Shown in pieces: positions 29,492 to 39,955 of a stretch of DNA of 64,000 bases. The translations under genes were made by a program, and so were the position numbers. Location of the stretch: positions 512,001 to 576,000 of the forward strand of contig CBDATS010000005.1 in assembly GCA_965200245.1 (NCBI GenBank), read 5' to 3'. Position 1 is the stretch's first letter; every line of letters begins with the position of its first letter. The notes beneath the pieces are model-generated. The model was given only the letters and a program-made list of their open reading frames with translations. It did not search any database and had not been told where the DNA came from. This stretch comes from a bacterium. GTDB lineage: Bacteria; UBA8248.

Positions 29492-30753
29492 CAGTCCATC
29501 TCCCGCCAGGTCGTTTCCGTGACGTTCTCCACGACGATGCGTCCACCTTTCACCACGAATCGCTTCTCGGGCTGATCGATGAGGATGTCACCTAGATTCA
29601 CGGAATCGAGCACCACAAAATCGGCCGCGCATCCGGGTCTCAGGCCGTAGTCACCCTCCACACCTAGCGCCCTGGCGCCGTTTGTCGTAAAAAGACGGGA
29701 AACCACGTTCCTTTCCGACGCGCCGCTCATGTGGAGAACATGGGCAAGGAGCAGGCCGATTTCCAGCAAATCACCGCTGCCTGAGGGCGTAAAGGCGTTG
29801 CGGATGTTGTTCGATGATATGGCGACGTTGACGCCCGCGTTCAACAGGTCCCTGACGGGCGCGAGGCTTCTGAATCGGGGCGGCGCATCTCCCCTGCCTC
29901 CCAAGAACAAATCGGTCGCCGGCAAGGGCAGGACGGAGATGCCTGCCTCAAGAATCTGCCCTGTGATTCGCGCGGCATCATCCGACGGCATGGCCCCCAG
30001 GGAGGTGAGGTGACCGACAGCCACCCGGCCCTGCAGGCCTGCGGCCATCGTGCGGGCGGCTACGGATTCGATGTGCCGTACCCGGGGGTCATCCGCGAAA
30101 TCGAGATGAAAATCCAGGCCGCAACCGAACGCCTCGGCCATCTCGAAGACGATGTCCAGGTGGCGCTCGGGGTCAAGGTCATTATACGGGATTCCGCCCA
30201 CGAGGTCCCCACCCATCCGCATGGCCTCGCGCATCAAATCCTCCGTTCCCGGCTGTTGATCGATACCTTCTTGCGGAAAGATGACGAGTTGAAAATCAGC
30301 CAGGCCGGCGTATTTCTCCTTGAGCGCAAGGGCAACTTCCAGCCCCATGAGGCCGACGATAGGATCGACCTCCACCTGCGCGCGAAACCACGTGGCACCG
30401 TGCCGGATGCACATACGAAGTGCTCGCTCGGCGCGTTCCATGATGTCTTGTTTTGTAACGCTTTTCTTGAGTGCCAAGGTAATGGATATGGCGTCTTCGA
30501 GCGTGCCGGAAAGATTGGGCTCGCGCTCTTCCAAAAACGCCTTGTCCAGATGAATGTGACTTTCAACGAAAGCGGGCAGCACGACGCGTCCGCCAAGGTC
30601 TATCTCCTCGGCTCCCGTCTCGTTATCGATTCGCGGCGACATGTCCGAAAACCGCCCGCCGCCAACGCGCAGGTCCACCAACGCATCGCCCGAGGAGTCG
30701 ATCCTGGCGTTTCTGAAAATTCTGTCGTCTGGAATATCTGTACCCATGACCAT
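29491..30753 (-). CDS. Amidohydrolase, cytosine/creatinine deaminase (CodA)-like
   Basis: ESHIHLDKA, FPQEG, DFHLD, VGHLT and ADFVV motifs; start uncertain (30753 or 30747). Confidence 0.85.
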   Translation of the reverse strand: MVMGTDIPDDRIFRNARIDSSGDALVDLRVGGGRFSDMSPRIDNETGAEEIDLGGRVVLPAFVESHIHLDKAFLEEREPNLSGTLEDAISITLALKKSVTKQDIMERAERALRMCIRHGATWFRAQVEVDPIVGLMGLEVALALKEKYAGLADFQLVIFPQEGIDQQPGTEDLMREAMRMGGDLVGGIPYNDLDPERHLDIVFEMAEAFGCGLDFHLDFADDPRVRHIESVAARTMAAGLQGRVAVGHLTSLGAMPSDDAARITGQILEAGISVLPLPATDLFLGGRGDAPPRFRSLAPVRDLLNAGVNVAISSNNIRNAFTPSGSGDLLEIGLLLAHVLHMSGASERNVVSRLFTTNGARALGVEGDYGLRPGCAADFVVLDSVNLGDILIDQPEKRFVVKGGRIVVENVTETTWREMD

Positions 30754-31046
30754 CTCACCAAAACGAAACATCATCCCAACAACAACGAAACGCACATCTC
30801 CCATTTATGGAAATGGAAAAGATCGACACTGCAAACTCTATCGTTCCGCGCCGGTTTTCGCCAGTAATTCAGGAGCAAGCCGGGAAAAAGCCGCTCTGCA
30901 TCAGCTTGACCGACACCCGGAATCGTGAACATAATGAAAACTCTGATTCATGTTGCATCGGAGTTCTTATACGGCTTGACAACCCGGTGACGCGTACGGG
31001 GGACCGGATTGTAAAATACGGTTCCCCCGAAATGAAAGAAACCTGA

Positions 31047-32144
31047 ATGACCACTCTGAGTTTCACGAATATTCTCATTCTCAGCTATAATTCGCTCTCC
31101 TACGCCGCGATCCTGTTTCTCCTGGCAAGCGGGCTCTCGCTCATTTTCGGCGTGATGCGCATCGTGAACCTCGCACACGCCGCCTTTTTTCTCTTCGCCG
31201 GCTATCTCGCCCTGGAATTCTACAACATCATTTTCGGCTCCTTGAGCTTGATGCCGCGGATCATTCAACTCGTCTCATGGGCACTGCTGTATTTTGTATG
31301 GCGGGGACTCACGACCTACTTCGCTCCCAGGATTGTAGCTCTTGCAATGCTGCTCGCCTACATCGTGCTGGAAGTGTTGACCAGTCTGATATGGGGCTAC
31401 AAGTTCTTCGAACTCTTTTTCCCGCACGTGCCCGTCCAGCCCGTCGACAGGATCAATTTCGCGGGTATGTTGACCGCCATCGTCGTCGCGCTGGCCATCG
31501 CGGCGCTTTGCGGGATGTTTATCGAGCGCTTTTTCCTGCGCCGCCTCGGGCAAGACACGCTCTCCCAGGTGCTGGTGACCATCGGCTTCGCGTTCATCCT
31601 GCAAGACGGCTCGCTCTACACCTGGGGCGGGGACAACTTCATGCTCAAACAGCCCTGGCCCCTCAACTTCAGCACCGTCGTCTGGGGTCTTTCGCTGCCG
31701 CAGTACCGCGCCTTCATGATCGTTATCGCCGTCGTGGTGGCCACAGCCCTGTTCCTCGGAATTGAGCGCACCCGCCTCGGCGCGATCATGCGCGCGGCGG
31801 TGGACGACCCCGAGATGGCGCGCGGCATCGGCATCAACACCAATGTCGTGCAAATGGCGATTTTCGCCATCGGGGCACTGCTGGCCGCCACGGGAGGCGT
31901 GGTGGGCGGCGCCTTCTTCGGGGTCTACCCAGGCCTCGACTTCGAGATTCTCCCCTATGCGTTCGCCGTGGTAATCATCGGGGGACTCGGCAGCCTGGGC
32001 GGCGCCGTTCTCGGCAGTATCGTGGTCGGCTTTATCGAAAACTTCGGGACCGCGCTGTTTCCCGAACTCTCCTATTTTGCGCTCTTCGCACCCATGGCCA
32101 TCATTCTGGCGATCAAGCCGACCGGCCTGTTCGGAAAGGGCTAG
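31047..32144 (+). CDS. HAAT ABC permease, LivH-like
   Basis: GLSLIFGVMRIVNLAH, TRLGAIMRA and VVIIGGLGS motifs. Confidence 0.92.
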   Translation: MTTLSFTNILILSYNSLSYAAILFLLASGLSLIFGVMRIVNLAHAAFFLFAGYLALEFYNIIFGSLSLMPRIIQLVSWALLYFVWRGLTTYFAPRIVALAMLLAYIVLEVLTSLIWGYKFFELFFPHVPVQPVDRINFAGMLTAIVVALAIAALCGMFIERFFLRRLGQDTLSQVLVTIGFAFILQDGSLYTWGGDNFMLKQPWPLNFSTVVWGLSLPQYRAFMIVIAVVVATALFLGIERTRLGAIMRAAVDDPEMARGIGINTNVVQMAIFAIGALLAATGGVVGGAFFGVYPGLDFEILPYAFAVVIIGGLGSLGGAVLGSIVVGFIENFGTALFPELSYFALFAPMAIILAIKPTGLFGKG

Positions 32145-32147
32145 GCC

Positions 32148-33173
32148 TTGGCAGAAAACACGGCGGAAAAAAGAAGGGTACTTATAGTCCTGTGCGTCTT
32201 CGTCGCTCTGGGAGTCGTCACGCCGTTTCTAGACCTCTTCATGCAGAGTCTGGTGACGGAGATTCTCGTCTTCGGCATCCTAGCCATGAGTCTCGATCTC
32301 CTTTTGGGCTTCACCGGTCTGGCATCTCTCGGGCACGCCGCCTATTTCGGCGTCGCCTCCTACACCACGGCCATCATCATGACCAAGGAAGACTGGACAT
32401 GGACCTTCGCCGCTTTCCAGTGGGCGGACTCGCTGGGGCTCGGCCTTTTCTACATCTTTATATTCGGGCTGGTCGTGGCGCTGGCCTTCGCCGCATTCTT
32501 CGGGTTTCTGGCGATACGCGCCGTGGGCGTGTATTTTCTGATGATCACCCTCTCCCTCGCCATGGTCATCTGGGGTCTGGCGTACCGCTGGAGCGCCGTG
32601 ACGGAAGGCGACAACGGCATCAACGTCTTGGGTAGGCCGTCCCTGTTCGGCATTTCGCTGGAATCAGAAATCCCGTTCTTCTACTTCACGCTCGCGGTGT
32701 TTCTCATTTGCCTGGGGCTGATGTACCTGTTCGTGAGAAGCCCTTTCGGAAAAACGCTGGTCGGCATCAGGGAGCGCGAGGCGCGCATGGAAATGCTCGG
32801 CTACAACGTCTGGCTGCACAAATACCTCGCGTTCATTTTCGCGGGCGTATTCAGCGGCGTATCGGGCGTGATGTGGACGTTGTTCAACCTTTTTGTGAGT
32901 CCGCCGGACATCGAACTCATCACTTCGGCCGAGGCACTCTTCATGGTGGCTCTGGGTGGACCTGCCACCTTGATCGGCCCGGTGATCGGCTCGGCCATCA
33001 TCCGCTCGCTACAGCAGTTCATCAGTATCTACGTGGAGCGCTGGCCGCTGATCCTGGGCGCCATCTACATCACCACTATCATGCTGGGACGCCTGTACGG
33101 CGTCGAGGGGATACTCGGATTGTTCAGCAAGTTCCGTAAACCCGCCGCCCCGCCAGAAACCCAGGAGGGTTGA
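32148..33173 (+). CDS. HAAT ABC permease, LivM-like
   Basis: LLLGFTGLASLGHAAYFG, SPFG..LVGIRE.E and LGG..T..GP motifs. Confidence 0.92.
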   Translation: MAENTAEKRRVLIVLCVFVALGVVTPFLDLFMQSLVTEILVFGILAMSLDLLLGFTGLASLGHAAYFGVASYTTAIIMTKEDWTWTFAAFQWADSLGLGLFYIFIFGLVVALAFAAFFGFLAIRAVGVYFLMITLSLAMVIWGLAYRWSAVTEGDNGINVLGRPSLFGISLESEIPFFYFTLAVFLICLGLMYLFVRSPFGKTLVGIREREARMEMLGYNVWLHKYLAFIFAGVFSGVSGVMWTLFNLFVSPPDIELITSAEALFMVALGGPATLIGPVIGSAIIRSLQQFISIYVERWPLILGAIYITTIMLGRLYGVEGILGLFSKFRKPAAPPETQEG

Positions 33174-33226
33174 GGATGGCGCGGCACCGCGTTTCTTTAT
33201 CGAGACGAAATCAGGGAGGATAAAAG

Positions 33227-34480
33227 ATGAAACGAAAACTCATCACCATCATTGCAGCACTCGGTATCGTCTTTCCCGCAGGACTCGGCAGTGCCCAGGC
33301 CGCCGAAGTGCGCATCGGGTTCATCGCGCCGATGACGGGCATCTTCGCTCAGATCGGCAAGGACATGAGCAACGGCTTCAAGATGTACCTGGCGCACACG
33401 AAGAACAAGATGGGTCCCCTGGACGTCAAGTTCATCCTCGAGGACTCCACCGGCAAACCGGCCGTGAACGTGCGCAAGGCGCTCAAGCTTATCAAGCGCG
33501 ACAAGGTACACATGTTCATCGGAGGCCTGCTCGCCAGCACCGGGTATGCACTCGCGCCAGTGTCCAACCGGTTCAAGGTACCCTACATCTCACCCGTGCC
33601 GGCGGCGGACGACCTGACCCAGCGCAAGCTCTTCAAGTACTTCCTGCGAAGCGGCTTCACGAGCAGTCAGAACAGCCACCCCCTCGCCGAGTGGGCCTAC
33701 GACCAAGGCTATCGCCGCGTGGTCACCATCGGCGCGGACTACGCGTTCGGCTACGAGACCATAGGTGGCTTTCACAAGGCCTTCGAGGCACGCGGCGGCA
33801 AGATCATCAAGAAGATATGGGCGAAACTAGGCACAAAGGACTTCGGCCCCTATCTGCCGCAAGTCCCCAAGGACGCCGATGCCATCTTCACACTGATGGT
33901 CGGCCCTATGTCCCTGGCTTTCCCGAAGCAGTTCCGCGCCGCGGGGTTCAAGATGCCAATGCTCGGCGGCGTGACGAGCGCGGATGAGTTTATCCTTCCC
34001 AGCATGGGCGATGAGGCGCTCGGCTACGTGACAGCTTCGCAGTACAGCGCCGCTCTCACCACGGACAAGAACAAGGCGTTCGTCAAGGAATATCAGCAGC
34101 GCTACGGGAAAATGGCCTCCTACTACTCGGAGACCTGCTACACCACGGGCCAGTGGATAGACCTTACGCTCAAGAAGATCGGCTACAAGCCGGACAACAC
34201 CGATGCGTTCCTCAAGGCGTTCAAGACCATCCGCATCAACGCCATCAGGGGGCCGCTGTATCTGGACGCATACGGAAACCCGGTGCAGAATAGCTATATC
34301 CGCCGGGTAGCCCGCATGAAAGGCGACCACATGGGTCTGGGCGTGAAACCCAACTCGCTGTGGAACATCGTGATAAAGACCTACCCCGCCGTGGGTCAGT
34401 TCTGGAAGTGGCCGGCAAAGGACTTCCTGAAAGACCCTGTGTATAGCAAGAAGTTTCCACCGTGTCCGCATTGTAAGTAA
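33227..34480 (+). CDS. HAAT ABC substrate-binding protein
   Basis: Signal peptide; IGFIAPMTGIFA, DYAFGYE and GTKDFGPY motifs. Confidence 0.92.
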   Translation: MKRKLITIIAALGIVFPAGLGSAQAAEVRIGFIAPMTGIFAQIGKDMSNGFKMYLAHTKNKMGPLDVKFILEDSTGKPAVNVRKALKLIKRDKVHMFIGGLLASTGYALAPVSNRFKVPYISPVPAADDLTQRKLFKYFLRSGFTSSQNSHPLAEWAYDQGYRRVVTIGADYAFGYETIGGFHKAFEARGGKIIKKIWAKLGTKDFGPYLPQVPKDADAIFTLMVGPMSLAFPKQFRAAGFKMPMLGGVTSADEFILPSMGDEALGYVTASQYSAALTTDKNKAFVKEYQQRYGKMASYYSETCYTTGQWIDLTLKKIGYKPDNTDAFLKAFKTIRINAIRGPLYLDAYGNPVQNSYIRRVARMKGDHMGLGVKPNSLWNIVIKTYPAVGQFWKWPAKDFLKDPVYSKKFPPCPHCK

Positions 34481-34491
34481 GTTGCAATTCA

Positions 34492-34523
34492 CCGCCGTCC
34501 GGGTTTTACGGCCCGGGCGGCGG
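34492..34523 (+). other. Stem-loop after the substrate-binding gene
   Basis: CCGCCGTCCGGG...CCCGGGCGGCGG inverted repeat. Confidence 0.6.
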
Positions 34524-34558
34524 ATTCGTGCCGGGACCTCCAGAGGAGCATTCGAGTT

Positions 34559-35314
34559 TTGTCGAACGGGCAACCAGGGCTGGAACTGGATGGTGTAACA
34601 AAGCATTTCGGCGGCCTTCACGCCGTCGAGGATGCAAACCTGCTCCTGAACCTCGGCGAGCGGCGGGGAATCCTGGGACCGAACGGTGCGGGCAAAACCA
34701 CGCTGTTTCACCTGATTACGGGGGTGCTTCCACTCACCTCGGGCCGCATCCGCCTGTTCGGACAAGACGTATCCGACTGGCCAATCCACAAGCGCGTGGC
34801 GTTAGGGATGGCGCGTACTTTCCAGATTACCAGCCTGTTTCCCAAGCTCACCGTGCTCGACAATGTTCTTCTCGCTGTGCAGGGCTTGCGGAAGATGAAA
34901 ATGGTGATGCTAAAACCACTCTTCAAGTACAAGGACGTATACGAAAAGGCCGAAAAGCTGCTCAGCGACGTGAACTTCTGGCATTTAAGGAATCATGAGG
35001 TCCGAAACCTCTCCCACGGAGAGCAGCGCCAGCTTGAGATCGTCCTGGCGCTGGCGAGTGACCCGAAAGTCTTGCTTCTTGATGAGCCCTCCGCGGGCCT
35101 GGCCACGGGTGAATCCCACGAAATGGCTGATTTCCTGAAATCGCTCGACCCCGCAATCGCCATTCTCCTCATCGAACACGATCTGGACGTCATATTCGAG
35201 GTGGTCTCCCACATCAGCGTTCTGCACTACGGCGAGGTTCTCGCCGAAGGGCCAAGCGACGACATTCGAAACGACCCCAAAGTGCAGGAAATTTACCTCG
35301 GAAAGGCGGAGTGA
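34559..35314 (+). CDS. HAAT ABC ATP-binding protein, LivG-like
   Basis: GPNGAGKTT, ARTFQ, LSHGEQR, LDEP, IEHD and YLG motifs. Confidence 0.93.
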   Translation: MSNGQPGLELDGVTKHFGGLHAVEDANLLLNLGERRGILGPNGAGKTTLFHLITGVLPLTSGRIRLFGQDVSDWPIHKRVALGMARTFQITSLFPKLTVLDNVLLAVQGLRKMKMVMLKPLFKYKDVYEKAEKLLSDVNFWHLRNHEVRNLSHGEQRQLEIVLALASDPKVLLLDEPSAGLATGESHEMADFLKSLDPAIAILLIEHDLDVIFEVVSHISVLHYGEVLAEGPSDDIRNDPKVQEIYLGKAE

Positions 35315-35315
35315 A

Positions 35316-36026
35316 GTGTCGACCCTGTTATCCGTGAGTGACATCCATACCTATTATGGTGACTCCTACGTCCTCCAGGGCCTGAGTATCCATGTCGACG
35401 AGGGAGAGACACTGGGCATTCTAGGCAGAAACGGCATGGGCAAGACAACACTGATTAACTCGATTATGGGTTTTGTGCCGCCCAGAAGAGGCACCATACA
35501 CTTCCGGGGCGAGGACATCACCACCGCGAACAGCTTCGACATCTCCAGGATGGGAGTTGGCCTTTGCCCGCAGGGGAGGCGCGTGTTCCCGACTCTTTCG
35601 GTGCGCGAAAACCTTCTGGTGGCTCAGCAAGAACACGACGTGGGTTATCGCTGGGATTTCAAGGAGGTCTACGAACTCTTCCCCCGCCTCGGAGAACGGG
35701 CCAATCAGCGGGCGGGTTCACTGTCGGGCGGTGAACAGCAGATGCTGGCCGTGGGCCGCGCACTGATGACCAACCCGACCTGCCTGATCCTGGATGAACC
35801 ATCCGAGGGGCTCGCACCCATGATTATCCAGGACATCGGAAATGCCATTCAGTCGCTCAAGGCCGAAGGACTCGCCGTCGTGCTTGTCGAACAGAACGCC
35901 GCCTTCGCCGTCAAGACGGTGGACAGGGTTTGCGTCATCGCGAACGGGAAGGTCGTCCATGAATCCTTGCCACAGGAATTGTGGGTGAACGAGGAAGTCA
36001 GAAGAAACCACTTGGGAATCGGCTAA
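35316..36026 (+). CDS. HAAT ABC ATP-binding protein, LivF-like
   Basis: GRNGMGKTT, LSGGEQQML, LDEPSEGLAP and VEQN motifs. Confidence 0.93.
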   Translation: MSTLLSVSDIHTYYGDSYVLQGLSIHVDEGETLGILGRNGMGKTTLINSIMGFVPPRRGTIHFRGEDITTANSFDISRMGVGLCPQGRRVFPTLSVRENLLVAQQEHDVGYRWDFKEVYELFPRLGERANQRAGSLSGGEQQMLAVGRALMTNPTCLILDEPSEGLAPMIIQDIGNAIQSLKAEGLAVVLVEQNAAFAVKTVDRVCVIANGKVVHESLPQELWVNEEVRRNHLGIG

Positions 36027-36077
36027 AGAAAACTCCCGCGCAACGGCAACACTTCGTAATATTCTTTGGAAAATCAC

Positions 36078-36104
36078 CTTACTCCTAGGCAGCGAAGGAG
36101 TAAG
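36078..36104. terminator. Hairpin between the convergent liv-like operon and the defence module
   Basis: CTTACTCCT-9 nt-AGGAGTAAG. Confidence 0.45.
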
Positions 36105-36280
36105 AACCTTAAACTGATATTCACCTCCACGTGGGGAATTGCTCACGCTGACTCAGGTATTGAACACTCCAGCCCTACGCTCCTTACACTTCTAGGCGAG
36201 TCGAGAAACTCTTTCATGGGAGTGATGCAGGTTCCCGTCTTCTGGGGAAAGAAACGCCCAACAAAACCCTTCTAAACTAA

Positions 36281-39200
36281 TCACCCCTTGCCAGTGCGAA
36301 CGTGATTCTCTGCGAGCAGTCGCTTTAGCACCTCGCGTCGGGCAGCGGGGCTGATGGTGTAGCGGACGCGGTCATTCTCGGGAAGGGTCTCGACCTCGTG
36401 GAAGTCATATTCCAAATCGAGATCCTGCCAGCCGTAAGCATCACGGACCGCTAGATCGAGTTCGACATGTAAGCGGCGTAATTCGAGCAAGGCAACAAAA
36501 CCAGCGGTAGCTGTATCGATGTCTTTCTTCGATACCTTGGTGATCATTTCATACGATAGCTTTTGGTCGTGAAATAAGTTGTAGACTTTGGTCAAGCCGA
36601 GCCAGAGAGACTGCATCAGCGCCTTGCGATGTGCATGGTAGATCTCCCCGAGTTCTGCCAAGGCGGAATCTGAGGTCTGCCATAGATCAGATGGCATGGC
36701 AAAGGTGGTAAAGCAGTTTGAAGGTGAATACTGCAGATCTTGTTTCAGACTCATGCTGTATTTGCGCGCCCAGACTTCGTGGAGAGTAGACTGGACTACA
36801 GTGAAAAGATCCCAGCGATCGGTAGTGAAGACATAGCAGTTGTTTAAGAATACGATATTTGTCGGCATGGGCGAGAAGTTCATATGTTTGGTTACTCGAC
36901 CGGTGGCGAAGCAATGGGGCAAGTCACGGATGTTGTCGTAAAGGCTTGAAGCCAACGCGCCAAACTGCCACCATTTCTCGCGCCGTCTCCGCATATTGTC
37001 CCTGTCGCGAATAGGCTTTACCAAAGTCAAAACGCGCTCGTATGGGTCTCGATATCTCTGCGCCCGTTCAAGCGACCAGTCACGGAAGTTTATTATACTG
37101 CGACCAAGCGCCTGTTCCGGATTGTTATTTAGTTCCTTGCCGTTAATTACTTCCATAATGACTTCGTCGTTGCGCGGGTCAAGATCACGCAGTTGATCTG
37201 CCTCGGCGCGAGTTAGCAAGAATCCCTCTCCGAGAAAAACAGAACCTTGGAATATTTGATTTTGGTTATCAGGTAGTTGGTTAGGCTCATGACTTCCTCG
37301 TCTTCCTCGAAGAAGGCATTAATCCGCATTACTGACTGGTTATCGAGCATCCTCATACCTTTCCATTCCCCCTTGTGCACAGCAAGAAGGGATACTACGA
37401 CATTGGCGGCGCCTGGCCATTTCGTGCTACGGACCGCCAAATTTATATGCCCGCCTGCGGCGACAATCTGTTCCAAACCATCCCTCCGGACATCGCCGTC
37501 GACGATGGAATTGGTAGTGATTATCGCAGCGAAACCTCTGTCGTGCAGCAATACATAAATTCGGCGAAGGAAGTAGACTGCCAATTCGCTCAGACCTCTG
37601 GGTGCATAGCGCCACTTCGCCCATTCGCAAAAGGGGTGACCATAGGTGCCACTGAGCGCTTGTCCGCCTAGGTAAGGTGGATTTCCGAGAATACAGTCGA
37701 ACCCGCCCCGCTCCATAACCTCTGGAAACTCCAGAAACCAGTGAAAAAACGCTTATCTCGGCCAATAGAGCGAGCAGCGTTGACGCTCCGTCCCACCAGG
37801 GCTGAGTGGCCACGCCAGTAGCCTCTGAATTCAGCGTCGGTGAGAACTTGTACCTCGTTGCCCGGTATCTTAGGGATAAAGAACTGCGCCACAGGGATGT
37901 TGGCGATTGTCCGCAAGATATCTGCGTTTTCTCCCTGCATGAAGTCGAGGAAAACCTCTTTTTTCGCATCGACTTCGTAGGTTGTCTCTTCGGGGAGGGC
38001 AGACAGGCTTTGCCATTCCTTTAGGACTGTGTCGAAACGACGCCGCATGTCAGGACCAAAATCCAGGATGCCTTGCGCCTGATTTTTCATATCCTCTTTG
38101 TTCTTACTCCGATATGCCGCCGCAACCCTTTTATCGCCACCGGGCAATGTCTTAAAAGCTTCCATTGGCACACCCTGTCTTAGTTCCTCACGGCGCGCGA
38201 AGCCGACGATGGCGTTGCCGCACTTGATGTGATGATCAAGGAAATTCAGAGGCTGCCCCGGAATGTGCGCCTCCAGCCACAGCACCACTTTGCACAGTTC
38301 TACGCCAGTGGATTTAAGTCGACACCGTAAATACAAATACGGATTACGTCGCGAAGGGCGGCACGGTAGGCCGGCGGTGAGGGTTGCTCTTCACCAGTAC
38401 GGATAATCGCAACTTCAGTGGCGATGCGCCGGGCGGCGGCTAGTAAGATGTGCCCCGAGCCACAGCCGATATCAGCGACTCGTAGATCGAGAAGGGCAGC
38501 TTCGGGGTTGTCATTCTTGAGTCGCTCGGTGATCAAGTGATCAAGCGAGTGGCGGATTAGAGGCTGAACTAAGTCATCGGGGGTGTAATGAGAACCTGTG
38601 GCGGCTCTTTGGTCGCCTTGGTCGAGCTCGAGCCGCAGTTCACTCCCCTCACCTACAAACTTCGGCTCGTATTCGAGTAAACCTTCGTAGACGGAGCCAA
38701 ACTCTTCGACACTAAGTGCGGCGTAATTGACACGAATAAGATGGCCGCTGTCCGGGTGCCGGTAGAGCCCAAGGGAACGAAGGCACTTGAGGAGCACACT
38801 GTTGTCAAGGGTACAGCCAGCAAGTGCGCCTAGAGCGTCGGCCGAAAAGAGGTCGCCCGCCAAGGGAGCGATACCGATCCTGGCACCTGGCCCATCTGCC
38901 TCGAAAAGTCGAAAACAAGCTTGTAACGCGAGCCAGAGGTCGTGCCTCCGGGGGTCGGCGAGGAAGCGTTTTTCAGAGAGTCGGCGCAACCGGGAAACGC
39001 TATAGTAATCGCGATAGACGTCACGTTGTTCCTTTCGCGCCTCGCCCGGGAAAACCAAGTCACGCTCTTCGATCACCATCAAAAAGAGCAAACGATAGAT
39101 GAGCCACAGGAGTTGCTGATAATAGTCAACGGGCAACAAATTATCACTGTCAGCAGCTTCGCGTAGAGCCTCGTTTTCAGGATGTGCCAGAAAACCCCTG

Positions 39201-39955
39201 CCAAAGTCGAGAATTGCCTGCTCGACTGCCTTACTGAGCCCTTCACGGATGCGTGCGCCGGAGTCGAGGGAGTCTTGATGGTATCGCTCGATCAAACTCT
39301 CGGCTGCGATGTCGTTGGTCAATGGCAGGCTGGAGGCGTGGAGCAACCGATAGAGAACAGCAAAGTCGGCGAAGAGGCCGTCAGTGAAGATGCGGTCGAG
39401 ATCGAACTCGAGATAGCTCTGTTTGACCAATCGCGAACTGTCGCGGAGCAACCGCAAAACGTGACCGTCAGTAACCAAGCCATAGAGTTGATCGTGGAGG
39501 TTGAGGAACTCCTGAACCAGAGCGTGCGCGGACATGCGGCGGGCAGCGTTGGCAGGCTTCTTATCTAGACCGGCTGGATCACGAACCCCGATGATCTGTA
39601 CCGAGGTGTTCGCCCGGTTTATCACTCGGTGGCTGATGGCGTAGTTTCGCCCATTGAGTTGGGTGCCGCGGGGCTGGTACTCCAGATCGTAGCGAAGGAG
39701 ACCCAGCAGAGGAACTATCCAAAGGTTTCGGGTCTCAGTGGTGGCGTTACTGCCTGGCTTCACCGTCTCCAGCTTCCGCTGGAAGATTCGCCAATAATCT
39801 TGCGCGTCGGCCCATGCGCGGGCGATCTCGTCTTTGACATTGGTGCCGGCGTCGAGTTCGAAATCGGATGGCCGCTGACCGGGGAGTTCCTCGACCTGCC
39901 CAAGGATATCAGGAGAGAGGATAGCTCCTTCGATGCGGATGCTCGGGTAGTTCAC
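36281..39955 (-). pseudogene. Large N6-adenine DNA methyltransferase (Eco57I/DrmMI-like), three frameshifts
   Basis: GSVYEGLL, GSHYTP, DIGCGSGH, GVDLNP, GNPPY and FQGS..LGEGF motifs; frameshifts near 38303, 37745 and 37292. Confidence 0.9.

Noticed and set aside
30976-31030. TTGACA and a GGGGGACCG/CGGTTCCCCC inverted repeat before the liv-like operon
   Set aside because: The spacing to TAAAAT is too long for one sigma70 promoter, and an operator role cannot be supported from sequence alone.
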